Below, piece by piece: positions 12,661-26,026 of a stretch of DNA of 64,000 bases. The DNA is taken from the NCBI GenBank assembly GCA_030390025.1, contig CM059432.1:101868001-101932000 (forward strand), in the 5' to 3' direction. Position 1 is the first letter of the stretch; every line of letters starts with the position of its first letter. The position numbers and the translations under genes were made by a program. A model generated the notes under the pieces. That model was not told where the DNA came from. It searched no databases and worked only from the letters and a program-made list of their open reading frames with translations. Origin of the DNA: Squalus acanthias (taxonomy: Eukaryota).

Positions 12661-15505
12661 TTTCTTTTATTACACTTACTCTTATAACCTTCAATGCTGT
12701 TCTTTAAAAGTAATTTATCAAGGGTTTTTTCAAGGAGTAAATCTACACATTAGGTTTTTGCATAACCATTACGCAAAGTTCTATTAATCTCTATCCTCAT
12801 TTGAGGCTTGTTAATTATCAAACCATGTACTCTAGTTCTGCACTTGTAATACAAGTTCAATAACTGGTCACTTCTACATGATTATGTCTTCTCAGCATTC
12901 TAATCATGTTTTCCCTCAATGTTATTTTCTCCGAGGAAGACAACTTTAGCTCTTGTGAGTCTCTCCTTAAAACTTAGAGCACTAAATCAGAAAGAAGTCC
13001 TTGAACTAGTTCTAAAATGGGTTACAAATTTCAACAGAAACAAAAGGTTGAACTTCTTGCAGGAAGTTCCGTGCACGGGACCAGAAATTCAAGTGCACTG
13101 ATTTTTGGGTGCACGTGGGCGGGGGATGGGGGAAGGGGGGTGGGGTACGTTCCCTGCGTCAGAATGGTGAGGCCAGGCTCCCCAGATATTGGATCTCAGG
13201 CCTCAATATAATGGAGCCGGAATGACACAACAACCCGCCAGTGGAATAGTGAGAAATTGGGCCGCTGGTCAGGTCAGGTATCGGTGGAACAGGGAACTTG
13301 GAGCCAGAGATCGGGGGTTTTACAGCTTGATAAAGTCACATCAACATTTTCAAATGATCAAATTTGAGACCACAAGCAACTTGTGATATTTCGGGATTTG
13401 GAGTCAGGGATGCAGTAAACACCCCAGGCTAAAGATTCAGGGGTTTAACGCCACCTGTTATCGCCATATTCAGGGGAAAAAATGGCAGCCACCGCACTAT
13501 TGTCCGCTGCCAGTGGATCCTGTGGTGGCTGACATTTTCAGCAGGTCAGCAGTGCTGCCGTTGCCTGCGCTCACTGAAAGTATTGTAATAAGTCGGAACG
13601 TGACGTCAATCGGCGTGCAAAGCCAAGTTGACGCCCGCTCATCCATTTTGGATTTTGCCGCTCCTATTGCCGCCCTCTCTAAAGCACGCCAGTGCGTGCA
13701 GCCGCTAAAAGCGTTTCAGCAACATTAACGGCCATGAGGAGTCTGGCAGGACTTGGCAGATTGTACACGAGGATGGAGGCTGATAAGTGGAAAACACCTC
13801 AGGTGGATGACGGAACTTCAAACACCTCCTTTGCCAAGGTTCCTCTTTTATACTTTAATTTTTTGCCCATCAGTCGGCTGGGGCGGGTGGGGGGGTAGTT
13901 GCATTTTCTGAAAGCTTTTCAGGAGTCCTACAGTGTTTGTGGGCCAGTAAATCAATGGGTGAAACCTTGTGGAACAAGCTTTTAGTTCAGAACTGAACAC
14001 CTGTACAAAACTGCAAATCCCTCAGCGGATTCTCAGCAAATTAAAAAAAAATTCCTAAAGAGCATCAGATTGCCTAGAACTCCATTGCAACATTTGAAAA
14101 TCATCTCTGATAAGATCTTTTTTATCTTTGATAGCGTCGCCAGAATGCCACCCCCGAGCAAATCTGGACTCAACTGCTTAAGATATTAAGGAATTATAAT
14201 TAATTTATTCAAAATTCCACAACCAATTATTTATCAAATAATTATTGTGCGTCAAGTATGCAAGACCCACAAAAAGCTGACACGATTACTACACATTTAA
14301 ACACTTTCAGGAGTAAACATTGGGGAAAGATTAGTGTTCCAGAGAACGCAGATGCATTCATTTCATGAACTATTAAAAAATCAACAAACATCGGGTGGCA
14401 GGTAATATTGTTGTAGTAAGTACGGCAACTGTTCTGTACGTGGCCTACAGGTTCGTTCGTTTCTTCCCTGTTCTCCTTCACTGCAAGCAGGAGACAGACG
14501 TGATCTTTGGCCTCCTGCTGAGCTTAGTGCTGGAAAGAACGTGTTCCACCACAAAATCAACACTACGCTGACGTTAATTAGCAGGCAGACCAAAATACCG
14601 GTGCTGCCTGCGCTCTTTCGGCGGGCAGCCGTTACCGGCAAGTTTCCAACGCACTCTAATTTTTAGCCGCCCCAATTTTCAAACTGCAGGTTACTTTACT
14701 GCAGCCAATCTTGCAACCAATCTTTCACTATAGCTGTTATAATAGATTATGGCATGCAAAAAAAGTGTTTCACGATATATTTCTGTCACTGCATTTTGCT
14801 GATATTGCCCCGAGAGGTTTCTCCAGTATTATGAAGAAAATAAGTTATATTTTAACTCTTTTCTTGGTGAATAATTTGTGACTTGCAAGAATCAGACAGA
14901 TTAATAATAGAAAACCAGTAAACTGAAGGTTTCCTGCCTACCCAGCGTGTGGCAGGGAATCATGACCAGGCAGGACCAACAAGAGAGTGTTTTTTTAAAG
15001 AATATCAATGACAATTAAAATATATATATATTGTCTCCCTTTCTACAGAAGAAAAAATCTTTACTTGTTTTCTGTTGCTCTACATTTCTACAATATTCTC
15101 AAGAGTACCAGTGCTACAGTTTTCACAGCCATTTGCAGTCAATGGATAGAAAATCTGGTCCAATTTTAATGTTTATTATGTAGTAGCTTGTCTGCACCAT
15201 CTATAAGTAATGATAGGGGGTTTAATATTAATGTCGAATGACAAACAGCGTATAGGTTTAATTTTCATGATTTGCCAGATCAGATTTATGAAGTATTGAA
15301 CAAGCCTCGTGCTTAAGGTACCATTTATTGCTATTATACAATATGCTTGACATTTTTAATTAAAAATCTTTGACAAAACTGAGATTGAGCTTTCTGTCAG
15401 GACAAATAAAGTTATGTGATGTGCTGATTAGCGTGTGTGCTATCATCTTTTTGATTGGCTAATTGTTCAGAAGGTAGAACAATTTGTGCATAATGTCAAC
15501 ACTCT

Positions 15506-16419
15506 GGGAGGAAGTTTAACTGAAACAAAAAGGTGGGCTGGGGTTGTGTGGGAAGCTAAAGTGTTATAAATGTGAATCCCAACCAGAACCCGTCTCCAAC
15601 CTGCCCACTTCCTGTTTTAACAGAGGCGGGACGGGGGGTGGGCAGCCAACCCACAGCCAGGAGGCGGATCGTACATTTAAATATAATAATGAGGCTGACA
15701 TGCCTCAGATTTAACCTCCATTTTGAATTTAACAGTGGCTGGTCAGGTTTTGCAGGCCTCATATGAAACCCGCCAGCTAATGGAAGGCGAGGACTGCTGG
15801 ATCCAGGAGGGAAGTGCCTTTACACTTACCTCGTGAATCCAGCGTCCTACCTAACCCACCCCTGCCCCCGATCGTTGCTAACCTCCTCCCCGCCGCTGTT
15901 CCTCTGACACCCCCCCCCACCTGCTCCTTCGGCCCCATCCCCGCTCCTCTGGCCCCCGATCTGCTCCTCCGCCCCCAATCTGGCGCTCCAGCCCCCGATC
16001 TTTACCGACACCCTCCCCCAGCTCCTCTGGCCCCCCGATCTTTGCCAACACCATCCCCCTTGCTCCTCCAGCCCCTGATCTTTGCCAACAATCCCTGCTC
16101 CTCCGACCCCCAATCTTTACCGACACTGCCTCCCTGTCTCCTCCAGCCCTCCCAGTGCTCCTCCGGCCCCCATGACCAACCCTCGGCCCGAACGTGATCC
16201 CTCCCCCCTCCTCTCTGTGGCTTAGTGTCGCAGGCTTACCCGCCCACAGCCAGCCAGCCTCTCAATCTGGATGGCTGCGGGTAGGAAACAGAGGTTTCCC
16301 ATGCAAATCAGGCCCTGCCGTTAAATTCATCAGGGCCTGTGGGGAATCCATTATCCCGGGTTTCCCGACCGCTTCAGAGCCCCCCACTCCCAACCCGCCT
16401 CCTCATTAAAATTCAGGCC
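15506..16419. mobile_element. MITE with C-rich minisatellite-like core (~15860-16200)
   Basis: Ends in TTAAAATTCAGGCC with subterminal inverted G/C tracts; repeated CTCCTCYGGCCCCCGATC units. Confidence 0.55.
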
Positions 16420-16646
16420 TTTATATCAACTTGTCAACATTTTAAATTGCCAGAAATCGTATGTCATCCTTTGTTTCCATGCTGTAGTTGCAAGCCTCTC
16501 TACACTAGGTGATATTGTGGCACGACTCACTTCGGTCACCTCACCATTTTGTTTTTACGCATGATTTTCGGGTAATTTTCCCCAGGTCAAGTAAGTTTTT
16601 TTAAAAATGTTTACAATGTACATGGCTGACTGGGCAGTTATGCTAG

Positions 16647-19600
16647 TTTAAATTAGCTTGGCAGGGGAATGGGAACCTAAGTATAGAGTCAATAGGGAGG
16701 GAAGAAAAACTGGAATTGGAAAACAAAAACGTAGAAAGTAAATTGGAAGGACAGAGGAATCAAAGGCTAGATAGTAGTCAACAAGGAGGTTTGCCTGTAC
16801 TAAATGGTATATACTTCAATGCAAGGAGTATAGCGAACAAGGCAGATGAGCTGAGGGCACAGGTAGATGCTTGGGACTGTGATATTATAGCTATTACAGA
16901 GACGTGGCTGAAAGAGGGGCAGGTATGGCAGCTCAACATTCCTGGTTACAGGATTTTCAGACGGGATAGAGAGGGAGGTAAAAAGGGAGGGGGGGTCGCG
17001 GTATTGATTAAAGAAACTATTACAGCTGTGAGGAGGGATGATATGTTGGCGGGATCATCAAACAAGGCCATATGGGTCGAATTGAAAAACAAAAAAGGGG
17101 CGATCACACTGCTGGAAGTGTACTACAGACCCCCAAACAGTGAGAGGGAGATAGAAGAACAAATATGTAGACACATTTTTGAGAAGTGCAAAAACTATAG
17201 GGCAGTAATAGTAGGGGATTTCAACTACCCCAATATTAACTGGGATAAAATTAGTGTGAAGTGTATAGAGGGTGTGGAATTCCTAAAATGCATCCAGGAG
17301 AACTTTTTTAGCCAGTATGTAGCAAGTCCAACAAGGGAGGGGGCGGTTCTGGACATGGTTTTAGGGAATGAAGCTGGGCAGGTAGAAGGCGTATCAGTGG
17401 GGGAGCATTTTGGTACTAGTGACCATAATTCTTTTAGATTTAAAGTAGTTATGGAAAAGGACAAGGTTAGACCACGAATAAAAATTCTAAATTCGGGAAA
17501 AGCAAATTTTGCTAAGCTCAGAGGGGATTTAGCCATAGTGGACTGGAAACAGCTACTTGAAGGTAAATCAGTGTCAGAGCAGTGGGAGGCATTCAAGGAG
17601 GAGATCCGGAGGGTTCAGACCAAATATGTGCCCTTAAAGAAGAAATGTGGGACTAACAAATCTAGAGCCCCCTGGATGTCTAGAGACATACAGGGTAGGA
17701 TAAAGAAAAAAAGGGAGGCGTATGACAGATACCAAGGGCTAAATACTCCAGAATCTTTAAAGGAGTACAGAAAGTGCAGGGGTGCAATTAAAAAGGATAT
17801 TAGGAAAGTAAAGAGAGAGCATGAAAAATTCTTGGCAAGTAAAATCAAGGAAAACCCAAAGATGTTTTATAAATATATTAAAAGTAAGAGGATAACTAAA
17901 GGACCTATTAGAGATCATGAGGGTAATCTGTGTGTGGAGGCGGGAGATGTCAGTAGGGTTCTTAATGAATACTTTGCGTCTGTTTTCACAAAGGAGAGGG
18001 GCGAAGCAGACATTGCTATTGGCGGGGAGGGGTGTGAAATATTAGATGAAATAAACATAGTGAGAGAGGAAGTATTAAGGGGTTTAGCAACTTTAAAACT
18101 GAATAAATCCCCAGGCCCGGATGAAATATATCCCAGGCTGTTAAGCGAAGCAAAAGAGGAAATTGCAGAGGCCCTGACCATCATTTTTCAATCCTCTCTG
18201 GCTTCAGGAGTGGTGCTGGAGGACTGGAGGACTGCTAATGTGGTACACTTGTTTAAAAAGGGAGAAAAGGATAGACCGAGTAATTACAGGCCAGTCAGCC
18301 TAACCTCGGTGGTGGGATAATTATTGGAAAGAATTCTGAAGGACAGGATAAATCTTCATTTAGAAAGACATGGATTAATCAAGGATAGTCAGCACGGATT
18401 TGTTAAGGGAAGGTTGTGTCTGACAAACTTGATTGAATTTTTTGAGGAGGTAACAAGGAGGGTAGATGAGGGTAGTGCATTTGATGTAGTGTATATGGAC
18501 TTTAGCAAGAATTTTGATAAAGTTCCACATGGCAGACTGATCACAAAGTTAAAAGCCCATGGGATCCAGGGCAAAGTGTCAAGTTGGATTCAAAACTGGC
18601 TCAGAGACAGGAAGCAGAGGGTAATGGTTGATGGGTGTTTTTGTGACTGGAAGGCTGTTTCCAGTGGGGTTCCACAGGGCTCAGTACTAGGTCCCTTGCT
18701 TTTTGTGGTAGATATCAATGATCTAGACTTGAATATAGCGGGTATGATTAAGAAGTTTGCAGATGATACTAAAATCGGCTGTGTGGTTGACACTGAAGAA
18801 GGAAGCTGTAGACTGCAGGAAGATATCAATAAATTGGTCAGGTGGGCAGAACAGTGGCAAATGGAATTCAATCGGGAGAAATGTGAGGTAATGCATTTGG
18901 GGAGGGCTAACAAGGAAAGGGAATACACATTAAATGGTAGGACACTGAGTAGTGTAGAGGAACAAAGGAACCTTGGAGTGCATGTCCACAGATCCCTGAA
19001 GGTAGCAGGCCAGGTAGATAAGGTGGTTAAGAAGGCATACGGAATGCTTGCCTTTATTAGCCGTGGCATAGAATACAAGAGGAGGGGGGTTATGCTTCAA
19101 CTGTATAAAACACTAGTTAGGCCTCAGCTAGAGTATTGCGTGCAGTTCTGGTCACCACATTACAGGAAAGATGTGATTGCACTAGAGAGGGTACAGAGGA
19201 GATTTACAAGGATGTTGCCGGGTGTAGTGAATCTTAGCTATGAAGAAAGACTGGATAGGCTGGGTCTGTTTTCCTTGGAACAGAGGAGGCTGAGGGGAGA
19301 CATTATTGAGGTGTATAAAATTATGAGGGGCATAGATAAAGTGGATCGAAAGGACCTATTTTCCTTAGCAGAGGGGTCAAAAACCAGGGGGCACAGATTT
19401 AAAGTAATTGGGGTAAGGTTTAGAGGGGATTTGAGGGGAAATTTCTTCACCCAGAGGGTTGTGGGGGTCTGGAACTCACTGCCTGAAAGGGTGGTAGAAG
19501 CAGGAACCCTAACCACATTTAAAAAGTACTTGGATGTGCACTTGGGATGCTCTAACCTGCAGGGCTACGAACCAAGAGTTGGGAAGTGGGATTAGGCTGG

Positions 19601-19680
19601 ATAGCTCTTTGTTGGCCGGCGCGGACACGATGGGCCGAAATGGCCTCCTTCCGTGCTGTAACTTTCTATGATTCTATGAT
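16647..19680 (+). mobile_element. CR1 LINE, ~3 kb, 5'-truncated near the ORF1/ORF2 boundary
   Basis: Complete APE+RT ORF2 and tail TTTCTATGATTCTATGAT. Confidence 0.95.
16716..19595 (+). pseudogene. CR1 ORF2 (APE endonuclease + reverse transcriptase) interrupted by one in-frame stop at 18318-18320
   Basis: APE motifs NARSI, ITETW, YYRPP, GDFNYP, SDHN; RT motifs QHGF, GVPQGSVLGP, KFADD. The two ORFs are in the same frame. Confidence 0.95.
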
Positions 19681-21384
19681 CAGGAGAACTGGGGAATTTC
19701 AGGGCCTGACAGTGTAATATAGCTCACGTCAAGTTCATTCCTTAGAATTATTAAGCTATACTTAATTGTAAGCTATCACTTCAAGCTATATCTGCTTTGA
19801 ACACAACCTGTCATTCTCATTCAAAATCCCACTGGAGTGGAACCGCTTTGTGTTACACAGGGAGAATTCTGAAGGATATGACTGCTCTTAGGGTGCTCTC
19901 AGGCTTCTTCTGACAAGGAGTTTTGAAGCATTCACTGTGATAACAAGGAGTAACAGAGTCACTGCTAAGTGTACAGATCATTTTTTAGAATTGCATATTT
20001 AGGATGATGTGACAGTTATGGTGAGCACACTTCTCCTTTAAGTAATAATGGTGCATGTAATTGATAGTGGACAGAAGAACATGAAAGATGAGACTGAAAT
20101 TACAGTCTAGGCTTTATATTACTAGCATTTAGCTCCAATTTGAGTCACCGCCTTGTTTGTCTGCTCCTTTCAGCTTTCAAAAGCCATTGATCTAACAGTT
20201 GCTACTACTTTGCAATTGACACTGATACTGTACAGTAAGTAATTAGTTTACACCTTGTCACGTACACCCTGCCATGTGTCAGTGCATCTTGCTGTAGTAA
20301 TCTCAACTGAACCCGACTTCCTCAATTAATCACAATATCTGTATCTTCAAACATCCAATCAATCATAACTGTGGAAACTTTTCACACTCTAACTCTAACT
20401 GCAAGGAATGCATTTTAATGCTGGATGCCTTCCCACCCCTTTTACTGCCCGCCCCTTAGGAAATGACCCATGTTGGGGTGTGCTTCGACAATGCTTATGG
20501 TATTCTGGTAGCTCTCTCGAATCATTACTCCTTATGATCCTGAACAGTGAATTTTGATGGGCTGTTTGACTGTGGGGGAGTAGTGGTGGCGGAGGGCGGG
20601 GGTGGGGGCGGTGCTTACAGCCAAGCTGAATCCTATCCACACCTGACGTCCACACACAAATACATATCCAGTGGGGGCCACAGGATAGGCATCAAGAGTG
20701 AGAATATTGAATGACTTTTCTTCTCTGAGGTCATGTCGTTTGACAATATGGAATTTATTTCACATCACCATCTGAAATTAATCAATTTCCATATATAGGG
20801 TGTGCATTCAAGGCTCGAAACAAAACTTTATTTATGTATATTCATTATAGTACATTAGACAATCAACATTCATGTTCAATGTCATTGTGTGGCTAGGTTC
20901 CTTTAAAAAAGAGACTAGGCATAATATAGAAGAATGTTTCAAATATTTCACTGAGGTTTTGAGACTTTGCTATTACTAATCAAAATCAATCGATTATCAG
21001 AGTCTTTTGGGTCTTACTCCTATTAAGCTATTTGTAGTTTTTTTTTTACATTTTAGCAACTAATCAATCTGTTAGTTAATACAATGGCTTGAAACATAAG
21101 CTTTTATCTTTTATTAATTACTTGTGAGAGAAGTAAATCCCACACCTGTGGTAGAAACACAGATAGCTCTCCTGTTTGTTACTTCCACAGAATACTTGCG
21201 AGTGTGGGATCCAATTCACAGCTAGGTCATTAGATATAAATCTAAGGGAAATTATATTTTGGATTTATCCCTCTAGTTTTCTGATCTATTAACTCTTGAG
21301 GCAAAGTCACAAGCTGCTTCTCATGGTTACAAAATAAATGATATAGACCACTACATAGAACGATGTAATCTGGTTAAGCCACAC

Positions 21385-21545
21385 AATTACATCGAATCAA
21401 CAACACGGAAACTGGCCATTCGGCCCAACTGGTCTATGTTTATACTCCACATGAGCCTCCTCCTACTCTAATTACCTCTTCCTACCCTGCTCCTGTATCC
21501 CTCTATTTCCTTCTCCCTCATGTATGCATCAAGACTTCCCTTTGT
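21385..21545 (-). mobile_element. CR1 3' end fragment
   Basis: GGCCATTCGGCCCAAC tail-proximal motif; reverse complement resembles 42530-42665. Confidence 0.7.
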
Positions 21546-23689
21546 TTAGACACTTGAAAATAAGCATTTTGTTTTTTAAGCTATCATTAATAACATCAGA
21601 TATTTTTTGGCTTGTCATGGAAAGTTCCATGATGTAAAATAGTCCTTTCAGAACTGCCATATATTGTTAAATTGCATTATTGATATCGTAAAAGGGAGTG
21701 CTGGGGAGGCCAAGCCAGGTGAAGATATTTAGTCAGCCCAAATTGTTCACTGATCTTGGCTGGAAGCTGCTTGGTTTGGAAAGCGAGAAGGCTTTTAATG
21801 GTTCAGTGTCAAGGTGAGCTATAGTAGTATACTGTACATTAAGGTATAATTTGTAATGGGATACAAGGCAAGCAATTAGTAAGGTCAAGAAACCTGAAAA
21901 AATGTATAGTATTAGGTGTTTAGTGTCAGGCATGCTGTGCGGACGCATTTGCAAGAGGCGATTGAAACAGGCACAATTGATTTAATGCAATATTTATGTA
22001 TGTTTGCGTTTTATGACTATTTGTTACTATTAAAGGTTATGTGCTTTCATAAGGAGGTAAGAGGACTGTCAGTAATATAGTTCAAGAGATTGTTACCACT
22101 GTGACAGCTTCTCCACGCCGACATCCAAGGTACTGACTTTGTTTGTCACCATCAACAGTAGTGAGGAATTTTGTCACTTTAATTGTACAGTCCATCAGGC
22201 TGCTAGTGTACCATAGAACAGAACTACTTCAGTTTGTGGCCAGAATCCCCACATTGGTGAGTTCACAATCACTGCTTTTTCATCCAAGGAGGTGTATTCT
22301 ACGGTTGGACACCACCCCACAATAATAAAAAAGGAATATTTGGGTGGTCTTCAAATAGCCCCAGTGCTCTGATCTAAAGGGAGTGGGGGGGAGGGGGGCG
22401 GTGGTGGAGGCGGGTCAACCAGGGTTCCTACTCCTACTGAAAAGGACGTGTGTGTAGACATCATTGGATGTGATAATCTCCACAGCTAAATTGCTAGCTG
22501 ACAATTTACACCCAAATGGTCAGAAACTGCTTTTGCATTGACACAAACAGAAGTTTAGTATTTGCAGACAATTTTCCAACATAATTATGCATATCTTCAC
22601 ATGCAGATTTAGACATGTATAGAAAGTACACAAGTGTTGGGAGAAGAAAATTATATGTAAGTTAAATACAAATGGAAGGGGACATTTAAAGGAGGTGACA
22701 AAAATTCAGAAATCTTTTAGAAAGGCTAAAAACATATCTCAACCCAATAGCAGCCATAGCCAAGACTGAAAGGGGAGGGGACTAAGAACTGACAGGCACA
22801 AATGAAGGGACAGGAAACCCTAAGGGCAGGCATGCATCTTCAGACAAGCGACAGAGCACTTCGGCACCCAACCTCCTCTCTGATGGCTGCTTATGTGGAG
22901 ATGGTGCAGCGTGACCTGCCAGACATCGCTATGTTGGTCCTCGACTCCTTCCAAACACCTCAGATTGGTGCTAGTAATGGAACAATTGGCACAAAGGCTG
23001 AGAATCAAGATGCTAACAGATAAAGCAACTGAAGTGAAACAATTAAGAAATGACTGAAAAACATTTACCTCAACATTATTGTGCATGTTTCAGGAGGCAA
23101 TGTTCCATTATGCTACTGTTATGTTCTGCTACACCTTTAGTACTGTTGCTGGATTAAGGCTTTCATTATAATGGCTCTAATAGTGCAATCTATTCCTTCT
23201 AATTCAGTCATTTTTGGTGGAAAAAAATGAATTATTTAGTAACTTGAACTGAACAATTTAAAACTGTACAGGAGGCATTTGTTGCACAATTTCGATTTGA
23301 ATGAACACATAATTTGAATGAAGCAACTTCTAATTAAAATTGGACTGTATTGCTGTTTTACCCATAGAGATAGAGCTTGGACCTGTCTGAAGACTACTTT
23401 TACTTAGTATTCCAAGACTTAAAAACTGTCTTCGACTTTTCCCTTCAAGTATTTATCCCATTCCCTTTTGAAAGTTATTATTGAATCTGCTTCCACCGCT
23501 CTTTCAGCAATTGCATTGCAGATCACAACTCGCTGTTCCTAAATTATAGCAGTGATTGCACTTCAAAAAATACTTCACTGGCGGTGAAGCAGTTTGGGAC
23601 ATCATGTGGACGTGAAAGGAGCTATATAAATGCAAGTCCTTTATTCCTACATGTTAGTTTTCTGTTGCACTTATTTGTTGCAGAGTTGG

Positions 23690-23865
23690 TTGGTTTCAGC
23701 CGAGGCTGCAGCAGGAGTATAACAGTTAGCTTCTGCATCCCTGGGCTAGTGAGGGGAAAGCTGACCAAGGAAATGATTCTGATCGCTGTTCAGCAACCCT
23801 TGCTAGGAGAGGTTGTGTGTGGACATCCATTGAGGAAAAGAACAGGTTCAGTTGTGATACCCCCT
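23690..23865 (+). repeat. Old SINE-like repeat core (other copies ~20610-20720 minus and ~22370-22490 plus), possibly DeuSINE-related
   Basis: Shared GTGTGTGGACRTC-containing block at three loci. Family name from memory, unverified. Confidence 0.4.
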
Positions 23866-25314
23866 GAGATTGACTTACCTTCAAGACATCAGAACTGTAA
23901 GATAGCAGTGCATATGCAACATATCATTGGAATTTCCAATATTTAGTATATAGATCAGACCATCAGGCACTTTACTGAATTTCTACCACACATCTCTGAA
24001 GTTTTAAGCTTGCCTCTGAACATTCCCCGTCCAAAGTAATTTGATAGTTACAACCTGAGCCAATCACCAAGGAGCGATAGTATAATATCCAACTGAAATG
24101 AGTTAACTCCTTCTTGCCAGAGTCATCAAAGATCACAGTTGGAAGCATTCTAACACTGTCGGGGTGAATTTACACAGGGGTTCTCTTGCTCATCAGCGGA
24201 AGAGCCATGGAAACCCCAGAAAAACGGGGTTTATGCTGACAGGTTAACAGCTTTTATTATGTGGCTACCACTGTGAGTGCAAGCAGATATATAACCTGGC
24301 CCTTTAAGCCAACAAGCTTCGTGGAGTTGGCTGCTTGACTTCCTCTGGGATGTTTTATTTCCTTTCTGGAATGCCTGTAGCAGGACACTGTCTGTGGCCA
24401 TTTTCCTTTTTTGGTTATCTTCTTCTCATCCTGGCCGAGCTAACCTTGCATGTTTATGCTTCTCTGTCATTATAGTGTTCATTACAGTGATAAAGATGTG
24501 CGCTATTAAAACTATTACAGCACAGCTTAGAAATTTACTTGTCAGCTTAAACGCTTAACATTTCTTTGCCTTCTAAGTTTACTCAACCCTTTCTTTACTT
24601 TCCTTTCTTTCTCTCTTAAGGGTTGAGTTCTTTCTCCCTTTGGCTTCTATTTTCTTCTTTGCCTGAGTTCCTTCTGCCTTTCTTCTCCAGTTTGCCTTTA
24701 CTACTAAACTTCTGCCTTCTTGGACTTAAGAGGGAGGAAAAGCAGGTTTTATATCTTACATTCTGCCAAAAACAAGCCCCTTCTGGTGCTAATCTTGGTG
24801 ATTAAATCAAAAAAGTTTAACTCTGTCACACGGATCCTTCTCAATCGGTTAAAGCACATTGGCAGCAAAACCCTGCTAAGTAGCATTCTACATGCAAGTT
24901 CGAGTGTGCATGCAGTCTGCAATACATAATGCCATATGTGGGTGGAAGATCTGCACACTTCTCACTTACACTATTACAGAAGTGCTGGCAGCCCTACATC
25001 AGCAGATGCAGTTTATTGGCAGGATTTAACTTCTAAAATACCACAGACAAGATACCTATAAAACAATGGATAAAAAAAGATGATCGGAAAACTAATGTGA
25101 TTACCAGCATAACACTTAAATCATTAACTCATTCTAGCCAAGCTGACAGCTTCCTTTTCACCTTCACTTCCATCAAGTCTACAAATCACATTTGATTATT
25201 CCCATAGGCAATCACCTGAGCATGAATAAACTGGAGCACATTTCGGATTTCTTTTTTGTTGCTTAAAATAGCATTTAAATTAAATTAAGTTGTGATTGTA
25301 ATACCGAGATCACA

Positions 25315-25885
25315 GGCCCGATTTTAACTCGGGGCGTTAAGTGTGGAGTGTGGGGTCTGGACGGGGAGGGAAGCACCCATGATGCAGTTAGAGTGATGCC
25401 TGGGCCACTATATTTCCCGGACCTGATTACCATGTTGTAGCAGGTCGGCACGACCGGATTCACTATTTCAATGGCAGGCGGGAGAGGGATTTCAGGTGGC
25501 AGGAGGCCACTGCCAGGGACCCGAGGGAACAGTCCCTAATACTAAGGTTGTTGTATGAGTGGGTGGGTGGGGGAAGTGAATCGGAGGTGATCATGGTCAA
25601 AAATCTCAACTTACCTGGACCTCTTCTGGCCACGATCCTGCCTGTGGTCAGGCCTCACTGCCGTGACTTGCTGTTAAAATCACCTTGGGGTCTGAAAGAT
25701 GTCATCGAACCCCAACATTTAAATATTAATGAGCCCCTGCCTGCCTGCGGTTGAAAGCCCCTAAGCTGCCATAAACATGGCAAGTAAATTGGTGTCAGAC
25801 ACAATCGCATCGGGAAGCTCCTGGCCGCCATTTTAAGCATCCGCTCATGCCGTTTACGCTGGGCGGTCAGGGTTAAAATTGGGCT
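25315..25885. mobile_element. MITE
   Basis: TIR GGCCCGATTTTAAC...GTTAAAATTGGGCT. Confidence 0.7.
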
Positions 25886-26026
25886 CACAACTACCATGGC
25901 CATGGTGGTGTGAAAATTTGAGAGATCAACCTTAAATTCGACGATCATGTGATTCAGTCCCAAATACCAGGGTAGGGGGAGGGGCGTGGGAAATGCACAT
26001 TCATTTTTTGATTTATAAAAGGTTAA

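Noticed and set aside
15814..16197. Pro-rich and Gly-rich ORFs on both strands
   Set aside because: Translation of a C-rich minisatellite inside a MITE.
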